Source: Candidatus Poriferihabitaceae bacterium
GTDB lineage: Bacteria; Pseudomonadota; Gammaproteobacteria; Arenicellales; Poriferihabitantaceae
DNA length: 64,000 bases
Direction: 5' to 3'
NCBI GenBank assembly: GCA_965262585.1
Contig: OZ253546.1
Location: 1,930,547 to 1,994,546, forward strand
Shown here: positions 1 to 10,255 of the stretch, in pieces
Layout: every line of letters begins with the position of its first letter
Numbering within the stretch: the first letter of the stretch is position 1
Translations under genes and position numbers: made by a program
Notes under the pieces: generated by a model
Database searches by the model: none
What the model was told of the DNA's origin: nothing
The model's input: only the letters and a program-made list of their open reading frames with translations

Positions 1-88
1 TCGCTGAGGGTGGACATCAAAATTCGGCGGTGAAGGTGGCTGCCGGTAACACCGGCGGGAGCGCGATTATACGACCAAATGCGGTCGG

Positions 89-886
89 TTAAAGCAACAC
101 GATGGCGGCCATTTGCCGGCCGTATGCCGATTCGCCCCGCCGACAATTTGCGCGGTAACTGAAAAACCGTGCCGGGTCGGCGAAAGTATCATCGGGAAGC
201 ACTTCGAGGGAGACGATACCGGCGTGGGCAAGGCGCATGCGCACATAGCGCGACAGGTCGAAATACTGGTGACCGTGCTGGTTGCCATGCTGGGCATCGG
301 CTTTGCCGCCACCAAAACAGTCCGCGCATGGCAACGGGGAATCTCGTTGGAATCTCGCAAAAAATTCCGCTCCGACTTGGTATGAGGCGAACTGAATCGC
401 CGGGCCGATGGCGCACACGATACGCTGCGGCTGCGCGCCCAACTGAATCATGGTTTCAACCACCGAGTCGGTCACCCCCAGCAACGCGCCCTTCCAACCG
501 GCGTGTGCCGCGCCTATAACCCGCGCCACCGGGTCGGCGAACAACACCGGCGCGCAGTCCGCCGTGGTTATTCCAAGCCCCAGCCCGGGCGTGGCGGTGA
601 CCATACCATCGCCCGCGAATAACTCGGCGGGGTCGGTGTCGGTTTCGATGATGCGAACGCGCTTGCCGTGAACTTGCCGGTTGGTAAAAATTTGCGCGGC
701 ACCCAAATCATCCACCACCCGCCGACGATTGGTCTCCACCGAAGTTTCCAAATCGCCGGAACATCGCCCACAGTTAAGAGACGCAAAAACCCCCGTGGAC
801 ACGCCACCACCCCGGCCATAAAACCCGTGACGAACAAAACCCGGCACTTCAAGCAGCGCACCGGTAAGGCAGGGCAGGGCGGACAT
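89..886 (-). CDS. pgeF: YfiH/PgeF (DUF152, laccase-domain) family protein
   Basis: ORF 89..1024(-). Family-typical motifs are TADCAPVLF, AAHAGWKG and a C-terminal FFSYR. Start moved to the internal Met (MSALPCL) at 886, because the upstream extension looks non-coding. Confidence 0.8.
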   Translation of the reverse strand: MSALPCLTGALLEVPGFVRHGFYGRGGGVSTGVFASLNCGRCSGDLETSVETNRRRVVDDLGAAQIFTNRQVHGKRVRIIETDTDPAELFAGDGMVTATPGLGLGITTADCAPVLFADPVARVIGAAHAGWKGALLGVTDSVVETMIQLGAQPQRIVCAIGPAIQFASYQVGAEFFARFQRDSPLPCADCFGGGKADAQHGNQHGHQYFDLSRYVRMRLAHAGIVSLEVLPDDTFADPARFFSYRANCRRGESAYGRQMAAIVLL

Positions 887-1236
887 CTGTGAAACATAGC
901 AATAATTTGTGGGAATATCTATGTGTTGCGCGAGGTGCGAGGGGACGGGGGGTTGTGCCGGTCCTTGGTAATGCGCGGTTACGCCGAAAAAGCACCACCA
1001 GTCGGGCGCACATGAGAATACCAACGGGCTGATACGGCAATATTTTTTCCTAAACTATGATTTTGCGGTCATCAGAACTTCGCAACTGGCTGCGTAAATG
1101 CCGTGGCATGAAAACACCGAATAAGGCACTATTCGGTATAACTCCCGCTGTTGCACTTGAAGGGCGCATACACGCGCTATAAATGTTGGTGCGGGCGGGA
1201 TAGTATGGGCTGATTATTTGCGTTGTGAGGTAGACG

Positions 1237-2400
1237 GTGGCGGAAACAACTTCGAAGACGGACTCAAAGGCGGTGCCTAAGCGTCCGCAAAAGTCGAAAA
1301 AAACTAGCGGTGGGACGACTCCGTCTCAGGCGCATCGAAAGGGCGTGCGCGAAGCCGCCGGGGGTGGCAAGCCGGGGCGGACGGTCATCGCCGGTGTTGT
1401 CATCATCGTGCTGGTGGTGGCGGGCGGCTATTTGTGGCAGCAGCGTGCGCTGAGTACGCGCATTGAAAGCGACCAACAACTGGCGCGGGTCGACGCTCGA
1501 ATCGGCGGTGTGGAAGAACGTTTGGATGCCGTGCCGACAGACCGCGAGGTGTTTGGTGAGCGATTTGATGAGCGGTTGAGTAACGCCGAAAAAAGTTTCA
1601 ACGAAGGAACCGAAAGGATGCGCGGTGAAATGCAGGTGTTGAACGATTCCGTGGCTGCGTTGCGCGCCGAATTGGGGCGTAGTGTTGGCCGCAGTGGTGA
1701 CCACTGGATTTTGGAAGAGGCCGAACGATTGCTGGTGATCGCCAACCAACACTTGCAGTTATCCGCCGATGGCGAACTCGCCGGTGAGGCGTTGACGCTG
1801 GCTGACGGCCGCCTGCGGCGACTTTCCGATTCCACTTTTGGGCCTGCCCTTGCCCCGGTGCGGGAGATGATCGCCGATGAAATCGCAGCACTCAGCGATG
1901 TGGCAACGGTGGATGTGGCCGGCACGCTGACCGCGCTTTCCGCGCTCGCCCACAGTGTCGGTGACTTGCCGTTGGTTGGCGATGTGCCGCTGACTGATGA
2001 TGCACCGGCGCGCTCTGAGGAGCAGGCCGATGACGATTCGTCGCTGGTGGCGGCTGCCAAAAATTTATTCGCCGATCTCGGTGCGTTGGTGCAGGTCGAA
2101 ACCGATGGTATGCCGACGCCGATATACTCCGCCGAACTGCGCCGGATAATTTTGGAAAAAACCGGATTGATTCTCGAATCTTGCCAACTCGCGTTTCTGA
2201 GCAAGCGGGAGGATGTGTATGCGGCGCGCATGGAGGCGGCGAAAAATCAGGTGGCGGCAAACTTCGACACCGAATCCGCCGAGGTTGGCGCGTGGCTTGC
2301 GCGGTGGGCGGTGTTGGCGGCGGTTTCCCCGCAGGCGGAATTGCCGGATATTTCCGCTTCCCTTCGGGCGTTGCGTGAGGTGATGGACGCCGGGAATTGA
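1237..2400 (+). CDS. hemX: HemX-like membrane protein (basic N-terminus, one TM segment, coiled-coil region)
   Basis: GTG start preceded by GAGG. Lys-rich N-terminus, TM segment VIAGVVIIVLVVAGGYLW and a long helical region. Sits directly upstream of a HemY-like gene, as in hemX-hemY pairs. Confidence 0.6.
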   Translation: MAETTSKTDSKAVPKRPQKSKKTSGGTTPSQAHRKGVREAAGGGKPGRTVIAGVVIIVLVVAGGYLWQQRALSTRIESDQQLARVDARIGGVEERLDAVPTDREVFGERFDERLSNAEKSFNEGTERMRGEMQVLNDSVAALRAELGRSVGRSGDHWILEEAERLLVIANQHLQLSADGELAGEALTLADGRLRRLSDSTFGPALAPVREMIADEIAALSDVATVDVAGTLTALSALAHSVGDLPLVGDVPLTDDAPARSEEQADDDSSLVAAAKNLFADLGALVQVETDGMPTPIYSAELRRIILEKTGLILESCQLAFLSKREDVYAARMEAAKNQVAANFDTESAEVGAWLARWAVLAAVSPQAELPDISASLRALREVMDAGN

Positions 2401-2404
2401 TTCG

Positions 2405-3667
2405 GTGAAACTGATCGTTACCCTCATCATCACCTTCGGGGTGGCCGTTGGCTTCGCGCTGATTGCCATGGAAGACCCCGGCTATGTGGTGCTGGCGCGC
2501 GCGCCCTATACGGTGCGGTTGCCGCTGGCGTTGTTCGTGCTCGGGCTGCTCGCGGCTTTTGCCGTTCTGTACTTGCTGTTCAACTTTATCGCCGCGGTGC
2601 TGCGCGCGCCGCGCACGATGCGTGAATGGCGACACCGGCGCAATCAGATGCACGCGCAAATCCACACTATGCGGGGGTATGCCGACTTGATTGAAGGCGA
2701 CTGGACGAAGGCCGAGAAAAAACTTCTGACCCATCTGCCTCACAATCAAGCGCCGCTCCTCAACTATCTCGGCGCCGCCTATGCAGCCCAGCAGCGCGGC
2801 CATCTGTTGCGTCGGGATCAATACCTTGCCGACGCGCTGGCGGAGCACCCGGAGCAGCGGCTGGCCGTCAACCTGACCTCGGCGCGGCTGCATTATCAGG
2901 CCGGTGAAATCGCCGAGTGCCGGGATGTGCTGGAAAAACTCAGGCGCATGGCACCGAAAAATGTGCCGGCGGCGCGGTTGCTTGCCGATGCGTATCGCCG
3001 GCTGAATGATTGGAATTCACTGGCGGCGTTGATGCCGTCCCTCGCCCGGCTCAAGGCGTTCCCGCCGGAGCAGTTGGCGGCATGGGAAAAGCAGGCTTAT
3101 GAACACTACCTTTCTTCGCCGGCGTTGCTTCAGGGAGACGGCAACCGCTCCGTGGAAGCCTTCAAATCCTTGCCCTCGAATCGGAAAAAAGACCCCGTAG
3201 TCATCGCCGTCTACGCCCGGCAATTGCTCAGGGTGGGGGATCATATACTGGCGGAAAAAACCCTGCGCCTGGCACTCAACCGAGGATGGGATGCAGAACT
3301 CGCCGACCTATACGGCAAAGCCGAAACCGCTTTCACCGATGACCAGATCAAACTCGTCCAGTCGTGGATCAAAAAATACGGCGCCCACGCTGACCTGTCG
3401 CTGGCCCGGTTGTATCGCCGCGACCGGCAGTTGGAGAAAGCCAAAGAGTTATTCAGCCGCGCCATCTCCGGCGGCCACCACGAAGCCTGTGCCGAACTCG
3501 GATCCTTGCTGGAGGAAATGGGCGACAAAGACGCTGCTTTGCTTTGCTACCGCCGGGGTATGGCGGCTTTTAGACCGGAGTCGAGCGACTCTGGGCCGCC
3601 GTCAACCGGAGAGTTGGTTGCGCTGGATGCGAAAGAAGCGGATGTAATGCCAGTGGTGTTGCGCTAG
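2405..3667 (+). CDS. hemY: HemY-like TPR membrane protein
   Basis: N-terminal double-TM HemY_N-like segment (MKLIVTLIITFGVAVGF...APYTVRLPLALFVLGLL), followed by TPR-like helical repeats. Starts 4 nt after the hemX stop. Confidence 0.7.
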   Translation: MKLIVTLIITFGVAVGFALIAMEDPGYVVLARAPYTVRLPLALFVLGLLAAFAVLYLLFNFIAAVLRAPRTMREWRHRRNQMHAQIHTMRGYADLIEGDWTKAEKKLLTHLPHNQAPLLNYLGAAYAAQQRGHLLRRDQYLADALAEHPEQRLAVNLTSARLHYQAGEIAECRDVLEKLRRMAPKNVPAARLLADAYRRLNDWNSLAALMPSLARLKAFPPEQLAAWEKQAYEHYLSSPALLQGDGNRSVEAFKSLPSNRKKDPVVIAVYARQLLRVGDHILAEKTLRLALNRGWDAELADLYGKAETAFTDDQIKLVQSWIKKYGAHADLSLARLYRRDRQLEKAKELFSRAISGGHHEACAELGSLLEEMGDKDAALLCYRRGMAAFRPESSDSGPPSTGELVALDAKEADVMPVVLR

Positions 3668-3706
3668 GCGGCTTGCGCCGCAAAGGAGCAACTTGCGCCG
3701 CTGTGG

Positions 3707-4741
3707 TCAATCCCGTGGTGCGTAAGTAAAGGAGTCGAAGAAGAAACGTTCGGGGTGCATTCCCATTGCGGTGAGGCCATCGCGTACTGCTTCGATCATG
3801 GGAGGGGGCCCGCTGGCATACACGTCTACATCAGCGAAGTGTTTATATGCGGCGAGCACGGCGTCGTGCACCCAGCCGGCGGCGCCGTGCCATTGGTTGG
3901 AGGTGGCTTCGGATAGCACCGGCGTATAGACGAAATTTTTATGTTCTCGCGCCCATTGTTCGGCGAGTTTAGTGAGGTATAAATCCTGCTCGTCACGGGC
4001 TCCCCAGAAGAGGTGAATCTGCTGTTCAGGATGGTCGTTCAGGGCTTGTTGCACCAGCCCCTTGATGGGTGAAAATCCGGTGCCGCCGGCGATCATGATT
4101 ATCGGTCGGTCGGCTTCGGACTGCAGTAGGTAAGTGCCAAAAGGGCCTTCCAAACGCAGCAAGTCGCGCTCGCGCATGGCGTTGAAAACTCTGGGCGTGA
4201 AATGGCCGTCCGGCACATGGCGGATGTGCAATTCCAGCCCTTCATCGATGGCTTGCTGTGGCAGGTTGGCGATGGAAAAACTGCGCCGCTGGCCGTCCTT
4301 CATGATGATGTCGATGTACTGCCCCGGAATGAAATTAAATTCCTGGGATTTGGGCAGTCGCAGGAAAACGCGCATGACATCGTCGGCCAGTTTTTCCAGT
4401 CGCGCCACCCGGCACGGCAACATCTTGATTCGTATATTTTGCCCGGACATAACCTCTTCGACATCGATCACCACGTCCTCAAGGGGAACGGCCTGACACA
4501 ACAACACTTTGCCCTGCGCGATTTCTTCGTCGGTGAGCGTGTCTTGTTCGTATTCCCCGTAGTCCACCTTGCCCGACACCAGCGTTGATTTGCACGCGCC
4601 GCAAACACCGCTGCGGCAGCCGTAGGGAAATATGCGGTTGTCGCGCAACGCCGCGTCGAGGATGGTTTCGCCCGGATGGACGCTGAAGCGGCCGTCGTTG
4701 CGCTGGTTGGTAACTTCGATGGGCATTTTTAAGGGTAACAT
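3707..4741 (-). CDS. 2Fe-2S ferredoxin / FAD-NAD(P)H oxidoreductase fusion (FNR-like; the 'CDP-6-deoxy-delta-3,4-glucoseen reductase' type)
   Basis: Plant-type ferredoxin cysteine motif CRSGVCGACKS...C. The reductase part carries RSFSIAN (FAD) and GGTGFSP (NAD) motifs. Confidence 0.8.
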   Translation of the reverse strand: MLPLKMPIEVTNQRNDGRFSVHPGETILDAALRDNRIFPYGCRSGVCGACKSTLVSGKVDYGEYEQDTLTDEEIAQGKVLLCQAVPLEDVVIDVEEVMSGQNIRIKMLPCRVARLEKLADDVMRVFLRLPKSQEFNFIPGQYIDIIMKDGQRRSFSIANLPQQAIDEGLELHIRHVPDGHFTPRVFNAMRERDLLRLEGPFGTYLLQSEADRPIIMIAGGTGFSPIKGLVQQALNDHPEQQIHLFWGARDEQDLYLTKLAEQWAREHKNFVYTPVLSEATSNQWHGAAGWVHDAVLAAYKHFADVDVYASGPPPMIEAVRDGLTAMGMHPERFFFDSFTYAPRD

Positions 4742-4803
4742 TGGGGCGTTTTGTAAAGCGCGGATTGTACCTGTTTTGTTGGCCCGTATTGTGCCCCGTT
4801 ATC

Positions 4804-5649
4804 ATGCCGGAATTGCCCGAAGTGGAGACCACGCTGAACGGTCTGCGCCCCCGCCTGCTGGGGTCGCGGATTGTGCGGCTGGTGGTGCGCGAGCGGCGGC
4901 TGCGCTGGCCCATCGAAGTGGGTCTTGAGCGCAAAGTCCGCGGTCACACGGTCACCGGCATGCGGCGTCGGGGCAAGTATATGGTGATCGATCTGGAGCG
5001 GGGCGGGCTGCTGGTTCATCTCGGCATGTCGGGTTCGTTCCGGGTGCTGACGCCACGCAATTCTGAAACTGGCGATATGGCCGCCGTCGAAACCGCCGTC
5101 GAAGCGCATGATCATTACGACCTAATCACCGACCGCCACATCATCCGCTACCGCGACCCCCGGCGTTTCGGTTGCTTGCTGTGGGCCGCCGGCGACCCGA
5201 TGCAACACAAACTTATTCGCACCCTCGGCATCGAACCGCTGGAGCCGAGTTTCACCGGAAAGTTTATGCGCCGCGCCGCAAAGGGGCGCAAGTTGGCGGT
5301 GAAAAGTTTGCTGATGGACGGCCGGGTGGTGGTCGGAGTCGGTAACATCTATGCATCCGAAGCACTGTTCGACGCCGGTATTCATCCGGCACGCGGCTGC
5401 CACCGCATTTCCGAAGCGCGTTATCAGCAACTGGTCGAATCGGTGCAAAAAATTCTAAACGCGGCCATCCTGCGCGGCGGCTCAACCATCCGCGACTTCT
5501 CCGGCGTAGACGGACAGTTCGGCTATTTTGAACAACAACTACTGGTATACGGCCGCGAAGGCGAACCGTGCCGCAACTGCAGCGTACACATTCGCAACCT
5601 CACAATCGGCCAACGCTCCACTTTTTATTGCCCGCGATGCCAGCGATAA
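4804..5649 (+). CDS. mutM: Formamidopyrimidine-DNA glycosylase
   Basis: Canonical N-terminus MPELPEVE at ATG 4804. C-terminal zinc finger CxxC...CPRCQ. The ORF-track start at 4741 is an upstream extension. Confidence 0.9.
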   Translation: MPELPEVETTLNGLRPRLLGSRIVRLVVRERRLRWPIEVGLERKVRGHTVTGMRRRGKYMVIDLERGGLLVHLGMSGSFRVLTPRNSETGDMAAVETAVEAHDHYDLITDRHIIRYRDPRRFGCLLWAAGDPMQHKLIRTLGIEPLEPSFTGKFMRRAAKGRKLAVKSLLMDGRVVVGVGNIYASEALFDAGIHPARGCHRISEARYQQLVESVQKILNAAILRGGSTIRDFSGVDGQFGYFEQQLLVYGREGEPCRNCSVHIRNLTIGQRSTFYCPRCQR

Positions 5650-5803
5650 GTTTGTTTTTGATTACATGAGGGACATAAGAGTTGCCAAGTTATCACCGGT
5701 ATATATCGTGCGTTTTTTGCAGTCGCTGTATTATTCATATGCAGATAATAATCCAAAGGCAAATTTTCTGTCATACTATCAGCCCGATTTCACCGAAAAC
5801 GCG

Positions 5804-6715
5804 ATGAAATACGATAACATTCTCGCAACCATCGGCGCGACCCCGGCGGTAAAACTTAACAAACTCGGCGGCGACCTCGATTGTCATTTGTGGGTCAAAC
5901 TCGAATCGTTTAACCCCGGCGGTTCGGTCAAAGATCGTCCGGCGTTGCGCATGATTGAAGACGCCGAGGCCGATGGCCGTCTCAAGCCGGGCGACGCCAT
6001 CGTCGAGCCGACTTCGGGCAACACCGGCATCGGGCTTGCCATGGTCGCAGCGGTCAAGGGCTATCGCGCGATTTTCACTATGGCCGAGGATATGAGCGAG
6101 GAGCGCAAACAGATTTTAAAAGCATATGGCGGCGAGGTGATTTTAACGCCAGCCGACAAGGGAACGGTGGGCGCCATCGAAGTAGCGCGGCAACTGGAAA
6201 AGGAAAAAGGATATTTCTTTGTCGGCCAGCACTACAACCCGTCCAACCCGGCCTCCCACGAGCAAACCGCCGATGAAATCTGGGCGGATTTTGGCGTCAA
6301 TCTGGATGCGGTGGTGTTAACCACCGGCACCGGCGGCACGGTCACCGGGCTCGGCATTCATTTGCGAAAAAAACACCCGGCGGTGCGAATCATCGCCACC
6401 GAACCGGCGGATTCACCGATTCTCTCGCGCGGCATCGCCTGCAAACATAAAATCATGGGCACCGCTCCGGGTTTCATCCCCGACACCCTCGACCAGCATG
6501 CCTACGACGAGGTGATTCAAATCACCACCGAACAAGCCTATACCGCCACCCGCAACCTCGCGCAACAGGAAGGCATTTTCGCCGGTATTTCCTGCGGTGC
6601 CGCCACCCACGGCATGCTCGAAGTCGCCGCCCGTGCCTCGTTCAAAGGCAAAACACTGCTGGCGATTTTGCCGGACACCGGCGAACGATATTTAAGCACC
6701 GATGTTTGGGATTGA
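5804..6715 (+). CDS. Cysteine synthase (O-acetylserine sulfhydrylase, PLP-dependent)
   Basis: Motifs NPGGSVKDR (PLP lysine) and PTSGNTGIGLA. Start set at MKYDNILATIGATP (ATG 5804). I cannot distinguish CysK from CysM by eye. Confidence 0.85.
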   Translation: MKYDNILATIGATPAVKLNKLGGDLDCHLWVKLESFNPGGSVKDRPALRMIEDAEADGRLKPGDAIVEPTSGNTGIGLAMVAAVKGYRAIFTMAEDMSEERKQILKAYGGEVILTPADKGTVGAIEVARQLEKEKGYFFVGQHYNPSNPASHEQTADEIWADFGVNLDAVVLTTGTGGTVTGLGIHLRKKHPAVRIIATEPADSPILSRGIACKHKIMGTAPGFIPDTLDQHAYDEVIQITTEQAYTATRNLAQQEGIFAGISCGAATHGMLEVAARASFKGKTLLAILPDTGERYLSTDVWD

Positions 6716-6834
6716 TGTTTGATGTTATCGAGAGTTCTAACTTGCCCTGTCTTCTGCGACCAAGTCTTCTGCGAAATGCTCGCATCGATACTATATCCGT
6801 GTCGCCACAAACCGCGCAAACCTACAAGGTATAA

Positions 6835-8376
6835 ATGAAAGGAGCAGTGGCCGCCGGTCATCGCCTGACCGCCGAGTCCGCCGCGGAAATTCTGCGCGCC
6901 GGTGGCAACGCTTTTGACGCCGCCATCGGCGGGTTTTTCGCCGCTTGCGTAACCGAGCCGGTGCTGGCTTCCCCGGGCGGCGGCGGGTTTTTGCTTGCCC
7001 GCGACTGCAACGGGCAAAACCGGGTGTTCGATTTCTTTACCCATACGCCCGGTGCCGCGCCCGGTGATGACGCTGATTTCCATCCAGTCACCGTGGATTT
7101 CGGTGCCGTGCTCCAAGAGTTTCACATCGGCTTCGGTTCCTGCGCAGTGCCCGGCACGGTGCGCGGAATGTTCGACGTTCATCGGCGTCTCGCCACTTTG
7201 CCGATGCGGGAATTGATTCAACCGGCAGTGGAACTGGCGAGAAGCGGGGTGGCGGTTAATCCATTTCAATCTTATTTGCTGGAGTTGGTGTCGCCCATCT
7301 ACCGCACCGAATCCGCCCTGCCGCTGTTCGCAAGTTCGAATCATCCGGGCAAACTGATGCAGCCGGGCGATGTTTTTTACAACCCACAACTTGCCGATAT
7401 GTTGGAAGCATTGTCCCGGGAAGGCGAGGCGCTTTTTTACGAGGGCGAAATCGCGGCGCGGATCGTCGAGCAATGCCGACAGGGCGGCTATCTCACCCGT
7501 GAGGATCTGAAAGAATACCGCGTTTGCCGACGCACGCCCCTGGAGATTCCCTACCGAGGGCACCGCCTGATTACCAATCCGGCGCCGAGTGCCGGCGGGC
7601 TGCTCATCGGCTTCGGGCTTGAACTGCTCGGCGGGGTGGATTTTACCGCCGCCGACAAATCGTCTTCGTGGGGCACTGGAGTTCACATCAACACGCTCAT
7701 CGAAACCATGCGCGCGACTTCGGAGGCAAGGAGTCGGCATTTTTGCGATGGCCCGAGCGAAGCGTTATTGAACCCCAAATTACTGGCGCAATACCGCCGC
7801 CGAGTGCTGGGGCGCACCCGCGCCTTCCGGGGAACCACCCACCTCAGCGTTATCGACGCCGACGCAAACATCGCCTCGCTGACCGTCTCCAACGGCGAAG
7901 GTTGCGGGCGGTTGATGGCGGACACCGGGTTCATGTTGAACAACATGCTGGGGGAGGAAGACGTCAGTGGCCCCGGCGGCTTTAATCAGTGGCAACCGAA
8001 TCAGCGGATGTCGTCCATGATGGCGCCCGGCATTCTGTTGGCCGATGACGGAGCGGTAAGCGCGCTGGGATCGGGGGGTTCGAAGCGGATACGAACCGCG
8101 ATCCTGCAGGTGGTCTGCAACCTCGTAGATTTCGATATGGACTTGGAAGCCGCGATCACCGCCCCACGGGTTCATATCGAAACCGACACCCTGCACCGAG
8201 AGCAAAATTTCCCCGCACAAACGGTGCAGTCTCTGGCGCGGGACTTCCCCGACCATCATGTGTTCGAAAAGCCCAATATGTTTTTCGGCGGCGTGCATGT
8301 CGCCCACCTAAACCGCCACGCCCAATTATCAGCAGTCGGCGACCCCCGCCGGGACGGTATCGGTGTAGTGGTTTAA
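6835..8376 (+). CDS. ggt: Gamma-glutamyltransferase family protein
   Basis: GGN(A)FDAA N-terminal motif. Autoprocessing-site-like GTTHLSVID. GSGGS near the C-terminus. Confidence 0.8.
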   Translation: MKGAVAAGHRLTAESAAEILRAGGNAFDAAIGGFFAACVTEPVLASPGGGGFLLARDCNGQNRVFDFFTHTPGAAPGDDADFHPVTVDFGAVLQEFHIGFGSCAVPGTVRGMFDVHRRLATLPMRELIQPAVELARSGVAVNPFQSYLLELVSPIYRTESALPLFASSNHPGKLMQPGDVFYNPQLADMLEALSREGEALFYEGEIAARIVEQCRQGGYLTREDLKEYRVCRRTPLEIPYRGHRLITNPAPSAGGLLIGFGLELLGGVDFTAADKSSSWGTGVHINTLIETMRATSEARSRHFCDGPSEALLNPKLLAQYRRRVLGRTRAFRGTTHLSVIDADANIASLTVSNGEGCGRLMADTGFMLNNMLGEEDVSGPGGFNQWQPNQRMSSMMAPGILLADDGAVSALGSGGSKRIRTAILQVVCNLVDFDMDLEAAITAPRVHIETDTLHREQNFPAQTVQSLARDFPDHHVFEKPNMFFGGVHVAHLNRHAQLSAVGDPRRDGIGVVV

Positions 8377-8396
8377 GGAGCGGCTTGCGGGGGTGA

Positions 8397-9173
8397 TCAG
8401 CAACGGTGCGTGAGGAGGAATTTTTTCAGTGGTGTGAGCACCCGCTCCGGGGCTTCGATTAGGATGGAGTGTTTGAGGTCGTCGAGAATCACTAGTTCGG
8501 CGTTTGGCAGGGCTGAGGCTATCGCCGTGTTCAAACGGGGGTTGCAGGCACCGTCCAGCGCGCCCGTCAGCACCAGGCACGGGCCGGTAATCTCGCCCAG
8601 CCAGGGCTTCATTTCGGTTTCGGCGTAGATTTCGAACACGCTCAAAAAAACTTCCCCGGGGGTGTCGAGCACCTGCCGAATGCGTGCTTCCACGGCATCC
8701 GGCCGGGCGGCGATAAACTCGCCGGTGTACCATCGTTCCACCAACGAGCCGACCACCGCTTCGACGCCACGGGTTCGCATGGCCTCGCCCACCGCCCGCA
8801 GTTTGGCCCGGTCATCGGCGTTCCTTCCCGCCGCCGTGCTCAGCAGCCCCACCGACAACACGCGCTGTGGATAGCGGCGCGCGTAGGCCGGCGCGATCAT
8901 TCCGCCGAGGGAATGCCCGATCACGTGAATGCGGTGATGGCCCAATCGGCGTCGCAGCCCTTCGAGGTCGTCGACGAGTTGCTCGAGCGTGTAAGGCGGC
9001 TCTGCAATCGGGCTTTGGCCGTGGCCGCGCAGGTCGTAACGAACGCAGGTGAAATCCTGCTCCAGACCGGCGATGAGGCCGTCCCACACGGTCTTGCGCG
9101 AGCCGACTCCGTGCACCATGTAAAGCGGCGGCCCGCGTCCGTCTACCCGGTAACTGACTTCCACCGCGCTCAT
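8397..9173 (-). CDS. Alpha/beta-fold hydrolase (3-oxoadipate enol-lactonase-like)
   Basis: HGVG oxyanion motif, nucleophile elbow GHSLGG and a C-terminal His. Its ATG overlaps the stop of the upstream LLM gene (ATGA). Confidence 0.8.
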   Translation of the reverse strand: MSAVEVSYRVDGRGPPLYMVHGVGSRKTVWDGLIAGLEQDFTCVRYDLRGHGQSPIAEPPYTLEQLVDDLEGLRRRLGHHRIHVIGHSLGGMIAPAYARRYPQRVLSVGLLSTAAGRNADDRAKLRAVGEAMRTRGVEAVVGSLVERWYTGEFIAARPDAVEARIRQVLDTPGEVFLSVFEIYAETEMKPWLGEITGPCLVLTGALDGACNPRLNTAIASALPNAELVILDDLKHSILIEAPERVLTPLKKFLLTHRC

Positions 9174-10228
9174 GCCGGGTTTCTGCGAAGCATATCGGCG
9201 GGCCGGGTTTTGCCGATGAAGTGCGGCATGACCTGCTCGGCAAACCGCTGAATGGTTTCCATGGTCTCTTCCTGGCCGACGCCGAAATTGAAATTCAGGA
9301 TGAAGCGGTCGACTCCGGCCTCGGCGTATGGGCTGAGTTGATCGACCATCTCCTCGGCGGTGCAGATATGCAAGTTGCGGGCGGTTTCCTCAATGGAGAC
9401 TTTACGCGGAAGCGGTGCGACCAAGCCGCGCTCAACGATGCCGTCGCCGGTGAACACATTGTCAAACTGGCCGTAATAGCGATGCGCGATTTCGGTTTTG
9501 GCTTTTTTGTCGGCGGCGTCTTTGACCACAAACGCCACCCGCGACAGCGACAGCGTCAATCCTTGTCCGCGCTCGCCGAGCTCCGCTTTGCCGCGATGAA
9601 AGGCGTCGACCTGCTCGCGCATCTGCCGGTGGCTGCCCGACAGCGGCGTGGTCTGGATGTGGAAACCGCGTTTGACGCAGTGATAAATGGCTTCCGGCGC
9701 GAGTACCCCCATCATGATGGGCGGCCCGCCTTTGCGAGACGGGCGCGGCATAATGGTCAGCGCTTCGAAGCGGTAGTACTTGCCGTTCCAGGCGACTTCC
9801 TCTTCGCTGAGCAAGGCTTGCAGCACCGCCAGGGACTCGTCGAATTTCTCGCGGCTGGTTTCCATGGGCACGCCGAGGCGCTCCATCTCAAAGGCAAACG
9901 CGCCACGGCCAACGCCGAGCATCAAGCGGCCGTCGGTGAAAATGTCGGTGCATACCAGTTGGCCGGCGAGAATCCGCATGTCGTGGAGGGGCAGCACAAC
10001 CACGGAAGTCATGATTTTGATGCGCTCCGTCAAGCCGGCGATTTTGACCGCGAACTGCAGCGGTGCCGGCATCAGCAGGATGTTGATCAAGTGGTGCTCG
10101 GTGATGGAAACCGCGTCGAACCCCAGGCGCTCCGCCATCACCGCTTGGTCGATCATGTTTTGATACAGCCGCCTGCCGCCGAGTTCATGGCCGGGATAAT
10201 AGGCCGACAGTTGAACGCTGAAATCCAT
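9170..10228 (-). CDS. LLM-class (luciferase-like) flavin-dependent oxidoreductase
   Basis: N-terminus MDFSVQLSAYYPG...AERLGFDAVSITEHH is typical of bacterial luciferase-like monooxygenases. Confidence 0.8.
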   Translation of the reverse strand: MDFSVQLSAYYPGHELGGRRLYQNMIDQAVMAERLGFDAVSITEHHLINILLMPAPLQFAVKIAGLTERIKIMTSVVVLPLHDMRILAGQLVCTDIFTDGRLMLGVGRGAFAFEMERLGVPMETSREKFDESLAVLQALLSEEEVAWNGKYYRFEALTIMPRPSRKGGPPIMMGVLAPEAIYHCVKRGFHIQTTPLSGSHRQMREQVDAFHRGKAELGERGQGLTLSLSRVAFVVKDAADKKAKTEIAHRYYGQFDNVFTGDGIVERGLVAPLPRKVSIEETARNLHICTAEEMVDQLSPYAEAGVDRFILNFNFGVGQEETMETIQRFAEQVMPHFIGKTRPADMLRRNPA

Positions 10229-10255
10229 GGTGTGCCGAATGGGTGTGGTGGGAAT

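Noticed and set aside
1-88. Possible start of another minus-strand gene at the window edge (ATGTCCACCCTCAGCGA reading leftwards from position 17)
   Set aside because: Only five to six codons are visible, which is too short to support any call.
1892-2893. 333-aa minus-strand ORF, and other ORFs overlapping hemX/hemY
   Set aside because: It is antisense to hemX/hemY, with a Pro/Arg-rich low-complexity translation.
6538-7740. 400-aa minus-strand ORF
   Set aside because: It is antisense to ggt and the end of the cysteine synthase gene. It has no motifs and the low-complexity, Arg-rich composition of an antisense frame.
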